Source: Acidobacteriota bacterium (GTDB lineage: Bacteria > Acidobacteriota > UBA890 > WLXD01). Taken from it: a stretch of 64,000 bases of DNA. The DNA is taken from the NCBI GenBank assembly GCA_963666055.2, contig CAXWPH010000009.1, forward strand, positions 1 to 64,000, written 5' to 3'. The notes under the pieces were generated by a model, which was not told the DNA's origin, made no database searches, and saw only the letters and a list, made by a program, of their open reading frames with translations. A program made the position numbers and the translations under genes. The number at the start of each line of letters is the position of its first letter. Position 1 is the stretch's first letter. Shown here one piece after another: positions 9,752 to 20,381 of this stretch.

Positions 9752-10729
9752 ATGACCACCGCACCGACCAAGACGCAATACAAGGCCAAGGACTTCCAGC
9801 AGCCGAGCCCCAATGATTGGTGCCCGGGCTGCGGAGATTTCGGCATCCTCAACGCCATGCAACAAGCGTCTGCCAAGCTCGGCCTCGACCCCTCCAAGAC
9901 CGTGAACGTCGGCGGCATCGGCTGTTCCGGCAAGGCGCCCTATTACATGGGCACGTACGGCGTGCATACGTTGCATGGCCGCCCGATCCCCTATGCCACC
10001 GGCATCAAGCTGGCGAATCCGGAGCTTACGGTGCTGATTTCCGGCGGTGACGGCGACGGGCTCGGCATCGGCGCGGGTCACTTCGTGAACGTGGGGCGGC
10101 GCAACGTCGACCTGACGTATGTGATGTTCAACAACGAGGTCTACGGCCTGACCAAAGGGCAGGCGGCGCCGACGATGGCGATGGGCATGCAGACCAAGAG
10201 CCTTCCCGAGCCCAACATTCAGATGAAGCTCGATCCGTTGATGATGGCGTACGCCAGCGGGTTCACGTGGATCGGACGCGGCTACTCGTTCAACGTAAAA
10301 CAACTGGTAGACCTGCTTGTTCAGGCAATTTCGCATCCCGGGCTGTCGTTCCTGGATGTCCTGCAGCCCTGCCCGACCTACAACAACCTGCACACCAAGG
10401 ACTGGTTCGCCGGTAAGGATCTCGAGGAGGTGCGCCCGCGCGTGCAACCTCTGCCGGACGACTACGACCCGGTGATCGAGCCCGAGATGTCGGAGGACGA
10501 GCGCTGGGAGCACACACGCGACTTCATGGAGATGTCACAGCGCTGGGGCGACTATATTCCGACCGGCTTGTTCTTCGAGAACCGTGCGGTGACCAACTTC
10601 GCGTCCCGCCTCGGCGTCCGCATGCCGAGCTACTCGGCGCAGGCACCGGCGGTGAAGACGATCGCCGACGAAAACGGCCTGAGCAACGCCATGCTCGAGC
10701 CGATCTTCGACGAGCTGGCGATCAACTGA
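9752..10729 (+). CDS. 2-oxoacid:ferredoxin oxidoreductase beta subunit
   Basis: Motifs WCPGCGDF, GIGCS, HGRP, GGDGD, NNEVYGLTKGQ. Confidence 0.95.
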   Translation: MTTAPTKTQYKAKDFQQPSPNDWCPGCGDFGILNAMQQASAKLGLDPSKTVNVGGIGCSGKAPYYMGTYGVHTLHGRPIPYATGIKLANPELTVLISGGDGDGLGIGAGHFVNVGRRNVDLTYVMFNNEVYGLTKGQAAPTMAMGMQTKSLPEPNIQMKLDPLMMAYASGFTWIGRGYSFNVKQLVDLLVQAISHPGLSFLDVLQPCPTYNNLHTKDWFAGKDLEEVRPRVQPLPDDYDPVIEPEMSEDERWEHTRDFMEMSQRWGDYIPTGLFFENRAVTNFASRLGVRMPSYSAQAPAVKTIADENGLSNAMLEPIFDELAIN

Positions 10730-12785
10730 GCGGTGCTACCTCGACCCTGGCATCGTTGAAGCACGCCCCATCGCCGACGTCGGTGTAATGGTCAGGCACC
10801 AGTGCGTTGGTGGTGCGCCCGTTCAGGGTGTTGTGCTTCCACAGTCCCTTCGGCATGAATACCACGCCTGCCCGCACCCGGTCGGTAACCTTCGCCAGGC
10901 AGTGCATCTCGCCGATCTCGTTGTACACGCGTAAGCGCGAGCCATCGACGATGCCGCGGGGCGATGCATCGTCGGGGTGGATGCTCAGCGCAACCTGCCC
11001 GCGGTGGAGCTGTCCGAACGTCGAGCTCAACCGGCGACCGGTCGCCGGCGAGACTAGCGACAATGGGTGCGCGTCGGTGGCGGGATCGGGGCGAAATGCA
11101 TAGAGCCCGTCAACGGCAGCGCGATCCAGCGCTTCCGGCACGAGATGAACCTTGGCGTCCGGCGTGCGCGGCATCATGTCGACGAACTGCACGGCGCCGG
11201 TGTTGAAGTCGGAAATCGCGATGCCCTCACGGGCAATCGAATCTCGAAAGTCATTGTCGCTGAGAATCGCCGAGGACAGCTCGTCGGCACCGTGCGGATC
11301 CCCGTCGCGATTCAATCCCAGCCGCGCGCACAGCTGATCGAAGACCTCGTAGTTCGGTCGCGCCTCACCAGCTGCGCGGACCACGGCATCGGCTTGCTGA
11401 ACGACCAGCGCACCATAACCGCTGCGCAGCTCGGTGTGCTCGAGAAAGACGGTGGCGGGTAACACAACGTCGGCGTAGAGCGCACTATCGGTCATTACCT
11501 GTTCCAACACCACGGTGAACAGATCGCTGCGCCGCAGGCCCTCGAGGACGCGTTCCTGATCCGGGAGAATCGACGCCGGGTTGCAGTTGTACACGAACAG
11601 CAACTTCACGGGCGGGTCGTCGGTATCGAGCAACGCACGTCCGAGGCGATTCATGTTGATCGTGCGCGCACCACTGGGCGGCTCGTTGGCGGCGCGCGTT
11701 GCGTCGAGCGGCAACGCCCCTCCGTTGCTGAGCAGGTACCCGCCGCCGAGGACACCGAACTTGCCAGCCACCGCCGGAAGCGCCAACACCGCAGCCACCG
11801 ATGAGCAGCCGTTGCGGTTGCGCTCCATACCCCAACCAGCACGGATAGCCGCTGGACTAGAGTCGGCGTACCAGCTCGCCAGCGTTTCGATCTCCGCGGC
11901 GACTATCCCGGCGACGGAGGCAGCACGCTCCAGCGTCCACTCCGACGCGCGGCGCCGAAACTCGTCGACCTGAAGTGCATTGTCGGCCAGGAACTCGAGG
12001 TCGGCTCGATCGTTCTCGAACAACCAGTTGGCCACCGCGAGGGCCACCGCGACGTCGGTTCCGGGGCGCAGGGCCAGATGCAGATCAGCCTGGCGCGCCA
12101 GCCGATTGCGGCGCGGATCGAGCACCACCATCTTGGCGCCGCGGCGTCGCGCCTCCTGAATGTGGGGCAGCAAATGGATTCCGGTGGCGGCAGGGTTACA
12201 TCCCCAGATGACGATGAGCTCGGCATGGGCAAAATCGGTGAAAGCGACGCCAGGCATCTTGCCGTACATGCCCATTGCCGCCAGACCGGTCGGAACGGCA
12301 CATACATTGCGTGCCAGATTCGAGGCGCCGAGGCGACGGAACAACCGGGCATCGGTGGTGTCCTGGGTCAACACCCCATTGGAGCCACCATAGCTGAGCG
12401 GCAGAATGGCCTCACCACCGAACTCGGCCACCACATCGCGCATGCGCTCTGCAATCAGGTCAAGCGCTTCGTCCCAGGTCGCTGGCCGGAAGTTCCCCGC
12501 GCCCTTCGGCCCGACGCGAATTTGCGGTTCCAGTATGCGCTCGCTGCCGTACAGGTGTTCGGGTAGCCGGCGCACCTTGTTGCAAATAAACCCGTCAGTG
12601 AGCGGGTTGCGCCGGTCACCTTCCACCGCAACAACCCGGTCGCCTTCGACCTCGACGGTCAAGCTACAGGCGTCCGGGCAATCGAGCGGACAATGAGACT
12701 GCGTCTCCACGGGTACCTCCCCGCGCGCGCTCAGACTATGATCTGAGTTGGTACGCGTTGATGTTGCGACGTGACTGGTCGACAT
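10722..12785 (-). CDS. molybdopterin-dependent oxidoreductase (DMSO reductase superfamily), cytoplasmic
   Basis: N-terminal CPLDCPDAC...GFIC 4Fe-4S motif, ADVVLPAT, C-terminal IHPDDA dinucleotide-binding domain; no Tat signal seen. Confidence 0.9.
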   Translation of the reverse strand: MSTSHVATSTRTNSDHSLSARGEVPVETQSHCPLDCPDACSLTVEVEGDRVVAVEGDRRNPLTDGFICNKVRRLPEHLYGSERILEPQIRVGPKGAGNFRPATWDEALDLIAERMRDVVAEFGGEAILPLSYGGSNGVLTQDTTDARLFRRLGASNLARNVCAVPTGLAAMGMYGKMPGVAFTDFAHAELIVIWGCNPAATGIHLLPHIQEARRRGAKMVVLDPRRNRLARQADLHLALRPGTDVAVALAVANWLFENDRADLEFLADNALQVDEFRRRASEWTLERAASVAGIVAAEIETLASWYADSSPAAIRAGWGMERNRNGCSSVAAVLALPAVAGKFGVLGGGYLLSNGGALPLDATRAANEPPSGARTINMNRLGRALLDTDDPPVKLLFVYNCNPASILPDQERVLEGLRRSDLFTVVLEQVMTDSALYADVVLPATVFLEHTELRSGYGALVVQQADAVVRAAGEARPNYEVFDQLCARLGLNRDGDPHGADELSSAILSDNDFRDSIAREGIAISDFNTGAVQFVDMMPRTPDAKVHLVPEALDRAAVDGLYAFRPDPATDAHPLSLVSPATGRRLSSTFGQLHRGQVALSIHPDDASPRGIVDGSRLRVYNEIGEMHCLAKVTDRVRAGVVFMPKGLWKHNTLNGRTTNALVPDHYTDVGDGACFNDARVEVAPLS

Positions 12786-12853
12786 TCTAGCGAACGGTGT
12801 TCGGGCTCGTAAATGGGGGCATGTCAGGTCCGGAACCTAGCGGGGTGGTCCGC

Positions 12854-14188
12854 ATGCAGGCGTTTTCATTTCTGCATTGCGCCGATGTTCATCTGGGGGC
12901 ACCGGTGCGCGGTCTCGGTAGGCTGCCAAGCCGATTGCGCGAGCGGCTTCGCGATGCGCCGACCGAAGCGCTCGCACGCCTGGTGGCCACCGCGATCAAC
13001 CGTGAGGTCGATGCGGTCATCGTGGCCGGCGACCTGTTCGATGCCGATGACCGGAACCTGCGTGCTCACGCCGAGCTCCGCGAGCAGCTGCAACACCTCG
13101 ACGACGCCGGCATACCGAGCTTCATCGCGACCGGCAACCACGACCCGCTCGGGACCTTGTCGACCGGGGTGCGGTTGCCGGAGTCGACCTACGTTTTCGG
13201 ACCCGACGTGGAATCGGTGCCGCTGCTTCGGGACAGCGCCGAGATAGCGCGAATCTACGGTGTTTCTTATCCGAAGTCGGCCACCTACGAGAATCTGGCG
13301 GCCACCTTCCCGCGCAACCCCGATGGCGACTTCGCGATCGGCGTGCTGCATACCAACGTCGGCGACCAGGTCGGCCACGACCCCTACGCTCCCTGCCAGC
13401 TCAGCGACCTCACCCAAACGAGTTTCGACTATTGGGCGCTCGGCCACGTTCACACCCGCGCGACGCTGCATTCGCGGGCACCGGTTGTTCACTATCCCGG
13501 CAACCCGCAGGGTCTCCATACGCGCGAGCCCGGCGCGCGAGGTGCGACGTTAGTCACTGTCGACGAGAGCGGTCGTGTGAAGCTGGAGCCGATATGGAGC
13601 GATGTGGCGCGCTGGCATCGTGTCCGCACTTCAATCGACGAGCTCGAGGCGATCGATGATCTCATCGGTGCTTTCGCGGAGCTGGCAGGATCAATCCGCG
13701 GCTCGGCCCCGAATCGGATCCACCTGGTTCGCTGGACCCTCACCGGCAGCGGTCCCCTGCATGCGGAGCTCTGCCGGCCGGCAACCGAATCAGATCTCTG
13801 CCACGTGTTGCGCGCCGCGCAGGCAATACGCGCCCAGGGTCATCCAGTGTGGCTGGAGCGTCTGGACATCACGACGAGCGCGACGCACGACATGGAACGG
13901 CTCCGCAACCAGCAGGATTACCTGGGGGACATGCTTCGGCTCGCAGCGGAGATTCGAGATGCTCCACCAATCCCGAGCGCCGCCAACGTCGGTGACGCGC
14001 GTCCCCCGGCCGACGATCCTAGCGGCATCGGTGCCAGCGTGCGGACCGAGCTCGCCGAGCTTCTCGACCATCCGCGGCTGACGAGAGCATTGGGCTCGGA
14101 CCCGTGGCTCGCACTCCGATGGAGAGAGATAGTCTCCCAGGCCGAGGCCCACGCTATCGAGCACCTGGCGCCAACCGAGGCCAACTGA
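12854..14188 (+). CDS. YhaO/SbcD-like metallophosphoesterase (DNA repair exonuclease)
   Basis: Motifs HCADVHLG, AGDLFD, GNHD, YWALGHVH, YPGNPQG. Confidence 0.9.
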   Translation: MQAFSFLHCADVHLGAPVRGLGRLPSRLRERLRDAPTEALARLVATAINREVDAVIVAGDLFDADDRNLRAHAELREQLQHLDDAGIPSFIATGNHDPLGTLSTGVRLPESTYVFGPDVESVPLLRDSAEIARIYGVSYPKSATYENLAATFPRNPDGDFAIGVLHTNVGDQVGHDPYAPCQLSDLTQTSFDYWALGHVHTRATLHSRAPVVHYPGNPQGLHTREPGARGATLVTVDESGRVKLEPIWSDVARWHRVRTSIDELEAIDDLIGAFAELAGSIRGSAPNRIHLVRWTLTGSGPLHAELCRPATESDLCHVLRAAQAIRAQGHPVWLERLDITTSATHDMERLRNQQDYLGDMLRLAAEIRDAPPIPSAANVGDARPPADDPSGIGASVRTELAELLDHPRLTRALGSDPWLALRWREIVSQAEAHAIEHLAPTEAN

Positions 14189-14190
14189 CG

Positions 14191-16812
14191 GTGATCTTCC
14201 GTCGGGTACACATCGAGGGCTTCGGAATCTGGCACGACCTCGATCTATCGGATCTGGGTCCGGGCGTGAACGTGTTCCTAGCACCCAACGAAGGCGGCAA
14301 GTCGACGCTGATGGCTTTCATTCGCGCCGTCTTGTTCGGCTTCAAGCGGCGCGGTGACCCACACCGATACGAGCCCCTACGAGGCGGCCGACACGGCGGG
14401 TTCATCGACGTGGAGACCAGTGGCACCGGCTACCGAGTCTCCCGCATCGACGACGGCACTTCGCGCGGCGAGGCTGTGGTGACAGGCGCGGATGGCAGGA
14501 GGTTCGATCCCGGCAAGCTCGGATCGTTGCTCAGCAATACCACCGAGACGCTATACGAGAACGTATTCGCATTCGGCCTCGAGGAGCTCCAACGCCTCGA
14601 CACACTGCAGGCCGAGGACGTCGCCGGACATATCTACAGCGCCGGAATGGGAGCCGGTACGCTCAACCCAGTCGTTTTTCGTCAGCAAATTCAGGAGGCG
14701 CTGGAACGACTCTATCGACCACGCGGCAAGAAGCCGGAAATCTCGCGCCTGCTGAGCGACATCGAGGCAACGCAGGATCGACTCGAGAACCGCCAGCAAA
14801 ATGCCAACGCGCATGCGGAGCTCGTCAGGCGACGCAAGCGTTTGAACGAGCGCCGCGCACAACACCACGCGACGCTGGAGCGGCGCCAGGAAGAGTACGA
14901 AGACCTGGCGCGCCTTCAAACCGCCTGGCCGCAGTACCAGAAGCTGCTCGAGGCCGAAGCGACCTTCGAGGCGGTGGGCGTCGCACCGACGCGTCTGCGG
15001 ATTGGAAACGTTGCGCGGGCCGAGGCCAGCCAGAATGCGTCAACCGCGGCAGCCGGGGGCGGAGTTGCAATCGCGGAAGCATCGTCCGACCTCGGCTCCA
15101 CCGAACAGGTCGATGTCCTCGATCTGATGTCGTCGGCGCAGCGAGCGCTGCTCACCCAAGCCAGCCGTATTCGCGGCCTGATGAGCAATGCCGAGCGGCT
15201 GCGGGAGCTTCACGCCACGGTGGACGCGCGCCAGCGCGAGGCTCGACACCTGCGCCACGCGCTGTTCAACGACCTGGAGGAAATGGGCGGCGAATGGTCT
15301 CTCGATCGGGTCAGAGCAACGCGCACCGACGTAACCGTGCGTGACGAGATTCGGCAATGGAGCGAACGCTTCCAGGAAACGGAGACCCAGATCCGAACCA
15401 CCGACGCGCGCGCCACAGACGCCAACCTGGTTTACCAAGCGATGCTCGAGAACCGCGAGCAGATAGGTCGCGGCACCCTCCTGTCGACCTGGGGGTTAAT
15501 CGCCGCAGCGATCACGGCAACCGCGATTCTGGTTCCGGCACCGGCGCGTCTCACGAGCAGCCTCGCAATTCTGTCAGTAGGCCTGTTGCTGGGGATCCTG
15601 ATGACCTGGTTGTACCAGCGGGGGCTGCGGCACCGTCGTTCCGACCAAGCGCTCGCCGCTCAGCGCGAGGCCAACCTCTGGCAATCGCACAACGACGCCA
15701 ACAACGCCCTGGCGACCGTATCCGACGAATGGAGCGACTGGTTAGGCGGGCAGGGGTTGCCTCGGGAGCTAAGCACCCAGGGCGCACTGGACCTGCTGGA
15801 TCGATTGCGCCAGAGCCAGGACAAGGACCGCCGCGCGCAGGCCGCGGAGACCACCGTAGATACCGCCATGGCGGAGCTGCAGCGAGCCTGCATGACAGTC
15901 TTGTCGGTGCTGGAACAGCTCGACCGACAGGCAATGGACCTGCGCTATGACACGCTCAAGATGGTCGACCCGCTGTTGAGCACCATCGGAGAGCTGCAGG
16001 CTGAAGTCGAGGCGGTGGAGGAAAATCGCGAGCGCATTCGACAGGTCCTCAACGAGTACGCACGGGCGCGCGCTGGCCTGCGTGCCCTTGCCGGCGAGGA
16101 GGGCGCGGCAGAGTTCCAACGACGCCTCGAGGCGACGAATCCAGAGAGCCTCGCTCGCGCCCTGGGTGAAGCCCAGGGCCACCTGGTCTCGGCACGCGCA
16201 GACCGTGATGCGATCAACGAGAAGCTCGGCGCGCTCCGTCAGCAAAGCGACGATCTGGAAAATGACGTCGAGTTGCCAAACTTGCTACAAGCTCGCGAAA
16301 CACAGCGTACTGACCTTGTCGAGCAGCTACACCATTGGGCCGGGCACGCCGTCTGCGCGGCACTCTACGATGAGGCCAAGCGCAAGTACGAAGCCGAGCG
16401 ACAGCCCGAGGTTGTACGCCTCGCGAGCCGCTATTTCCAGATGATGACCGACGGCCGATACACGCGAGTTATCGCCCCCCTGGGCGAAAACCGGCTGGAG
16501 GTCGAGCAAGAGCGCGGCGATCGCCTGCCGCCGAGCGCGCTATCACGCGGCACCGGTGAGCAACTGTATCTCGCCATGCGGCTTGCACTCGCCAAGGTCT
16601 ACGGCGACCAGGCGGTTCCCTTACCCCTGGTAGCCGACGACATCCTGGTGAACTTCGACGACGACCGCGCCCGCGCCACCGCTGCGCTGCTGAGTCTCTA
16701 TGCCAGCGAGGGGCACCAGATCCTCGCATTCACCTGCCATCGTCATCTGGTGAGGACCTTCGAGACCAACGCACCGGAGGCCCAGATACGCGCTCTGCCG
16801 GCACACGCCTGA
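14191..16812 (+). CDS. YhaN/SbcC-like AAA (SMC-type) ATPase with internal transmembrane pair
   Basis: Walker A APNEGGKST, signature LSRGTGEQLYLAMRLA, DDILVNFD, FTCH. Confidence 0.9.
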   Translation: MIFRRVHIEGFGIWHDLDLSDLGPGVNVFLAPNEGGKSTLMAFIRAVLFGFKRRGDPHRYEPLRGGRHGGFIDVETSGTGYRVSRIDDGTSRGEAVVTGADGRRFDPGKLGSLLSNTTETLYENVFAFGLEELQRLDTLQAEDVAGHIYSAGMGAGTLNPVVFRQQIQEALERLYRPRGKKPEISRLLSDIEATQDRLENRQQNANAHAELVRRRKRLNERRAQHHATLERRQEEYEDLARLQTAWPQYQKLLEAEATFEAVGVAPTRLRIGNVARAEASQNASTAAAGGGVAIAEASSDLGSTEQVDVLDLMSSAQRALLTQASRIRGLMSNAERLRELHATVDARQREARHLRHALFNDLEEMGGEWSLDRVRATRTDVTVRDEIRQWSERFQETETQIRTTDARATDANLVYQAMLENREQIGRGTLLSTWGLIAAAITATAILVPAPARLTSSLAILSVGLLLGILMTWLYQRGLRHRRSDQALAAQREANLWQSHNDANNALATVSDEWSDWLGGQGLPRELSTQGALDLLDRLRQSQDKDRRAQAAETTVDTAMAELQRACMTVLSVLEQLDRQAMDLRYDTLKMVDPLLSTIGELQAEVEAVEENRERIRQVLNEYARARAGLRALAGEEGAAEFQRRLEATNPESLARALGEAQGHLVSARADRDAINEKLGALRQQSDDLENDVELPNLLQARETQRTDLVEQLHHWAGHAVCAALYDEAKRKYEAERQPEVVRLASRYFQMMTDGRYTRVIAPLGENRLEVEQERGDRLPPSALSRGTGEQLYLAMRLALAKVYGDQAVPLPLVADDILVNFDDDRARATAALLSLYASEGHQILAFTCHRHLVRTFETNAPEAQIRALPAHA

Positions 16813-16837
16813 CGTTTTTGATCTCGTAGCGCGCCGG

Positions 16838-19168
16838 CTACCAAGAACCTGCACCGAAGAGCGGGTCGGCCGCGTCGTCGCCAAGTAGGTGGCGGTCGAA
16901 CCACGCTTTGTACCGACGCCATCGATCGATAACAAACGACGGCTTGCCAACCGGATCCTCGTCGTCCGGATAGATGATCAGCCCGGTGGCGGGCCCGCCA
17001 TCGAGCATTCGCCGGCGCAGCCGCGCGAACATGCCCTCGCTGAGCGACGCGGGTACGCGCCAGTCGTTCTCGTCGAGCATGAACATCGTCGGTGTAACCA
17101 TGTCGTCAACCGTGAGAATCGGCGCTAGCCGCTCGTAGACCCTACGTACGGCGGGCTCGTAGGGGAGCCCGAGCTCTCGCTCCAACCAGCGCCGCAACTC
17201 GTCGGTGCCGTAGTAGGCAAAGTGGTCGGGCTCTGAGGCACCCGAGATCGCCGCGGCGAAACGGCCGCTCTTGGTGATCAAGTAGTTGGTCAGGATTCCG
17301 CCATAGGACAAGCCGACGACGCCGATCCTTTCAGGATCGATCGCATCGCGCTGCTGCAAGTGATCCACCCCGGCCAGCACATCGTCGAAATCGGCGCCTC
17401 CCCACTCGGCCCACAGGCTATGTGCGAACGCCTGTCCGTACCCCGATGAGCCTCGCGGGTTCAGAAAGAGCACCGCGTAACCCTGCGCCGCGAGCCATTG
17501 ACGCTCCCAGGAGAATGCCCAGGTGAACTGATCCATCGGACCACCGTGCAGGCGCACGATGAGCGGGTGTCGCGCACCCTCGGCGGCATCCAGCGGCCGC
17601 ATGAGCCAGCCTTCTATGACCTGCTCCTCGGTGCTAGAAAAGCGAAGTGGCTCCGGCTCCGCAAGCCGCACGCTACGACGCCACCGCTGGTTGAGCTCTG
17701 TGAGCCGCACCAGATCGACCGCCGGCGGCAACGCGGTGGGCTGCATATGCGCGTTCGGATCGCGCAGTGGCACGGCCGTCCGTTGAGCGTCGGTGGCAAC
17801 CGCGTAGATCTCCGCTGGCTCGCTTCCCCACGAGAGCTCGGCCAACACCTGGGATCCATCGCCGGTGAGGGTGAACGCGCCGACCACGCGCGGTCCGGCG
17901 ATAACGGCGCCCGCGGTACCTGCCGGAACGGCTGGCGCAGCGCGACGACGCCCGATGCCCAGGAACCCGCGACGTCGCTCACCGAGACGCGTCAAGCCGG
18001 TGGACACTTGTAGCAACGGTACGGTCCCGCGGTCCTGAATCGTCACGTAGATCGTTGCCCGATCGGAGGACCAGGCCGGCGCGGAAGCGATTGGGCGATC
18101 GATCTCGGCGGTTAGTTCCTGTGCCTCTCCGATCTGAAGCTCGGCGGGCGGCGGACCATCGTCGTCCTCGCCTTGCGGCGGGTACAGGCCGATCATGCGC
18201 AATCGGCTATTGGCGTAGACGGGTGGGTCGTCGGGAGTATACCGGTAGGCCAGGAACCGGCTGTCGGGCGACCAGGCGGGAACGGCCTCCGTTCCGCTGC
18301 TGTTCGTAACCCGAATCGGCTGGCCGCCCTCCGGGCTCACCAGCCAGATCTCTGACTTGTTGTCAGCGGCGGCGGATTCCTGCGCTCGGTTCGAGACGAA
18401 CGCAATCCATCGGCCATCAGCCGACCAGGCGGGCGAGGCGCCGTCCTGGGGACCTTCGGTGAGGCGACGAACCGGCAGCGGGGCCGACGCGTGGTCGGGA
18501 ACGTCAGCCACGAAGAGATGATATCGCCGCGCGCCCAGGTACCCGACGCCGTGGGCTCTGGACTGCAACCGCGTTACCACCCAGGGCAGCGTGTGTCGCT
18601 CCGCCGGCGTGTGCGGCGCCGGCGCTAGCAGCCTCGCGCTGGTAGTCGGCTCGGCGATGGCGCCGGCTCCGAGCGTCGGCAACGCCGTAGGAGCCGATAC
18701 CCGCGACTCCTGGCTCACCAGTACGATGCGATCACCATCTGGACCCCAGGCGAAATCGGTCACTCCTTCCGCTAGGCCAGTCAGCCGCCAAGGCGCGCTA
18801 CCGCTCCATGGCAGCAGCCAGACTTGAGAATCTCGCAGGTACGCCAGCCACGAACCGTCGGGCGACAGGCGCGGGTGCGACCCCGTCTCTACGAGACGGC
18901 GCAAGCCACTACCGCTAGGGCTCATCTCCCACAGCGAGGTCACACTGGCGTCGGCAGCACGGTCCATCCGCGTGCGCGAGAAGACGACACGTCGACCGTC
19001 GAGGCTGGCCTCGATGTCCCCGGTGCGGACCATCTCGTAATAATCGGCGAGCTCGAGCAGCCGCAACGCTGGCTGCTGCTGCTGAGCGGCGACGGCGGCA
19101 GGTTCGGCCAGGAGCAGCCCCACCAACAGGAGCCACCTGGTGGCACAAGACGCACGTCGGCTGGGCAT
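16838..19168 (-). CDS. S9 family (acylaminoacyl/prolyl oligo-) peptidase with beta-propeller; catalytic His apparently missing
   Basis: Signal peptide, WSPD/WSAD propeller repeats, HGGP, NPRGSSGYG, GLSYGG, NDWRVP. Confidence 0.88.
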   Translation of the reverse strand: MPSRRASCATRWLLLVGLLLAEPAAVAAQQQQPALRLLELADYYEMVRTGDIEASLDGRRVVFSRTRMDRAADASVTSLWEMSPSGSGLRRLVETGSHPRLSPDGSWLAYLRDSQVWLLPWSGSAPWRLTGLAEGVTDFAWGPDGDRIVLVSQESRVSAPTALPTLGAGAIAEPTTSARLLAPAPHTPAERHTLPWVVTRLQSRAHGVGYLGARRYHLFVADVPDHASAPLPVRRLTEGPQDGASPAWSADGRWIAFVSNRAQESAAADNKSEIWLVSPEGGQPIRVTNSSGTEAVPAWSPDSRFLAYRYTPDDPPVYANSRLRMIGLYPPQGEDDDGPPPAELQIGEAQELTAEIDRPIASAPAWSSDRATIYVTIQDRGTVPLLQVSTGLTRLGERRRGFLGIGRRRAAPAVPAGTAGAVIAGPRVVGAFTLTGDGSQVLAELSWGSEPAEIYAVATDAQRTAVPLRDPNAHMQPTALPPAVDLVRLTELNQRWRRSVRLAEPEPLRFSSTEEQVIEGWLMRPLDAAEGARHPLIVRLHGGPMDQFTWAFSWERQWLAAQGYAVLFLNPRGSSGYGQAFAHSLWAEWGGADFDDVLAGVDHLQQRDAIDPERIGVVGLSYGGILTNYLITKSGRFAAAISGASEPDHFAYYGTDELRRWLERELGLPYEPAVRRVYERLAPILTVDDMVTPTMFMLDENDWRVPASLSEGMFARLRRRMLDGGPATGLIIYPDDEDPVGKPSFVIDRWRRYKAWFDRHLLGDDAADPLFGAGSW

Positions 19169-19244
19169 GGGGCCTCCATCAGCCTGTTCAGTTTTCGGGG
19201 AGGCGGAGTTTGCCGTGCTCGTACGGCCTCGTCCATCCTATGGT

Positions 19245-19985
19245 ATGGCATTTCAACTCCGGCGCGCCGACGCTGTTTTCTTCGATCTCGACGACACCCT
19301 GGCCGACACGCTCGGAACGCTGGTCGGTCCGGCGTTGCAACAAGCTGCGGCGCGCATGGTCGCCGCCGGGCTCGATACCGATGAATCGACGGCCGCAGAT
19401 TTCATGTGGCGGCTGGCCGAGCGCGGCGAGGGAGCAGACTACTTTGCTGGCGCGCTGGAACGCTTCGGGGCGATCAGCGGCGGAGATTCGGCAATCGCCG
19501 AGCTCGGCCGGCGTACTTACTTCACCACCGATGTCTCGGCGCTACGTCTCCTCCCCGGCGGCCGGGCCCTGCTGGAAGCGCTCGCTCCCAAGCACGCGTT
19601 GTTCCTGGTAACCGCCGGCGACCCCCAGACCCAACAACGGAAGCTCGAGCGGCTGGCGATCACCCGCTTCTTCCGCGCCGTACGGCTGGTGTCTTCGATC
19701 GCCGGCGAAAGTAAACGCAACGCGTTCAAGGAGCTGGTTGCAGAGCACGCGCTGGCACCGCAGCATTGTATTTGTGTGGGTGACCGGTTGGTCGGCGAGA
19801 TCCGCGACGGCAACAAGCTCGGGATGACGACGATCTGGATACAGCACGGCGAGTTCCGTCACCTGGGAGCGCAGACCAAAAACGACCAGCCGAGTCACAC
19901 GGTAGCAAGCCTGAGCGAGCTCGCGGCGCTGTTCGGTGTGGAACGAGCGACCGCCGGTGGGGGAGATGCTAGAGCCAGTCAGTAG
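19245..19985 (+). CDS. HAD family hydrolase
   Basis: Motifs FFDLDDTL, LVTAG, VGDR. Confidence 0.85.
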   Translation: MAFQLRRADAVFFDLDDTLADTLGTLVGPALQQAAARMVAAGLDTDESTAADFMWRLAERGEGADYFAGALERFGAISGGDSAIAELGRRTYFTTDVSALRLLPGGRALLEALAPKHALFLVTAGDPQTQQRKLERLAITRFFRAVRLVSSIAGESKRNAFKELVAEHALAPQHCICVGDRLVGEIRDGNKLGMTTIWIQHGEFRHLGAQTKNDQPSHTVASLSELAALFGVERATAGGGDARASQ

Positions 19986-20328
19986 ACGCACGTACGCGCG
20001 CATCGAGGAGCTCGTGAACGAGGATGTGGTGTGCGGTCACACGATTCGCTTTTGTCCTTGCCGCGTTCTGCCCGAGACGGTGCTGAACCTGAAAGGTGTA
20101 ATCCTGGAGATTCAGCGACTGTGGATCGGTAGTCTCGGAACCGTCGTCTGGGACGAGCTGCAATCGCATTCGGACGGCCGACGGTTCTTCGCGGGCCAGG
20201 TACGCCTCGTCGATGTGCAGGAGGGGCGGCCGCAGATGGTGGCCGTGTGGCTGCGCGTCCCGGCCGACTACCCGCGCCGGTTCAAAGTGCAGCTAGTCGA
20301 TACAATCGAACCGTGGAGCCTACCGTAG
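19966..20328 (+). CDS. hypothetical protein
   Basis: RBS (GGGAG) plus ATG; fills the gap between HAD and pyk on the same strand. Confidence 0.6.
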   Translation: MLEPVSRRTYARIEELVNEDVVCGHTIRFCPCRVLPETVLNLKGVILEIQRLWIGSLGTVVWDELQSHSDGRRFFAGQVRLVDVQEGRPQMVAVWLRVPADYPRRFKVQLVDTIEPWSLP

Positions 20329-20381
20329 GGATCGATGTTGACACCTCGCCCGCGCGGCGAATCGGTACTGGAGCGAACGCG

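Noticed and set aside
12854-16812. Novel nuclease/SMC defence system
   Set aside because: It matches the widespread YhaO/YhaN (SbcD/SbcC-like) pair and has no accessory defence genes.
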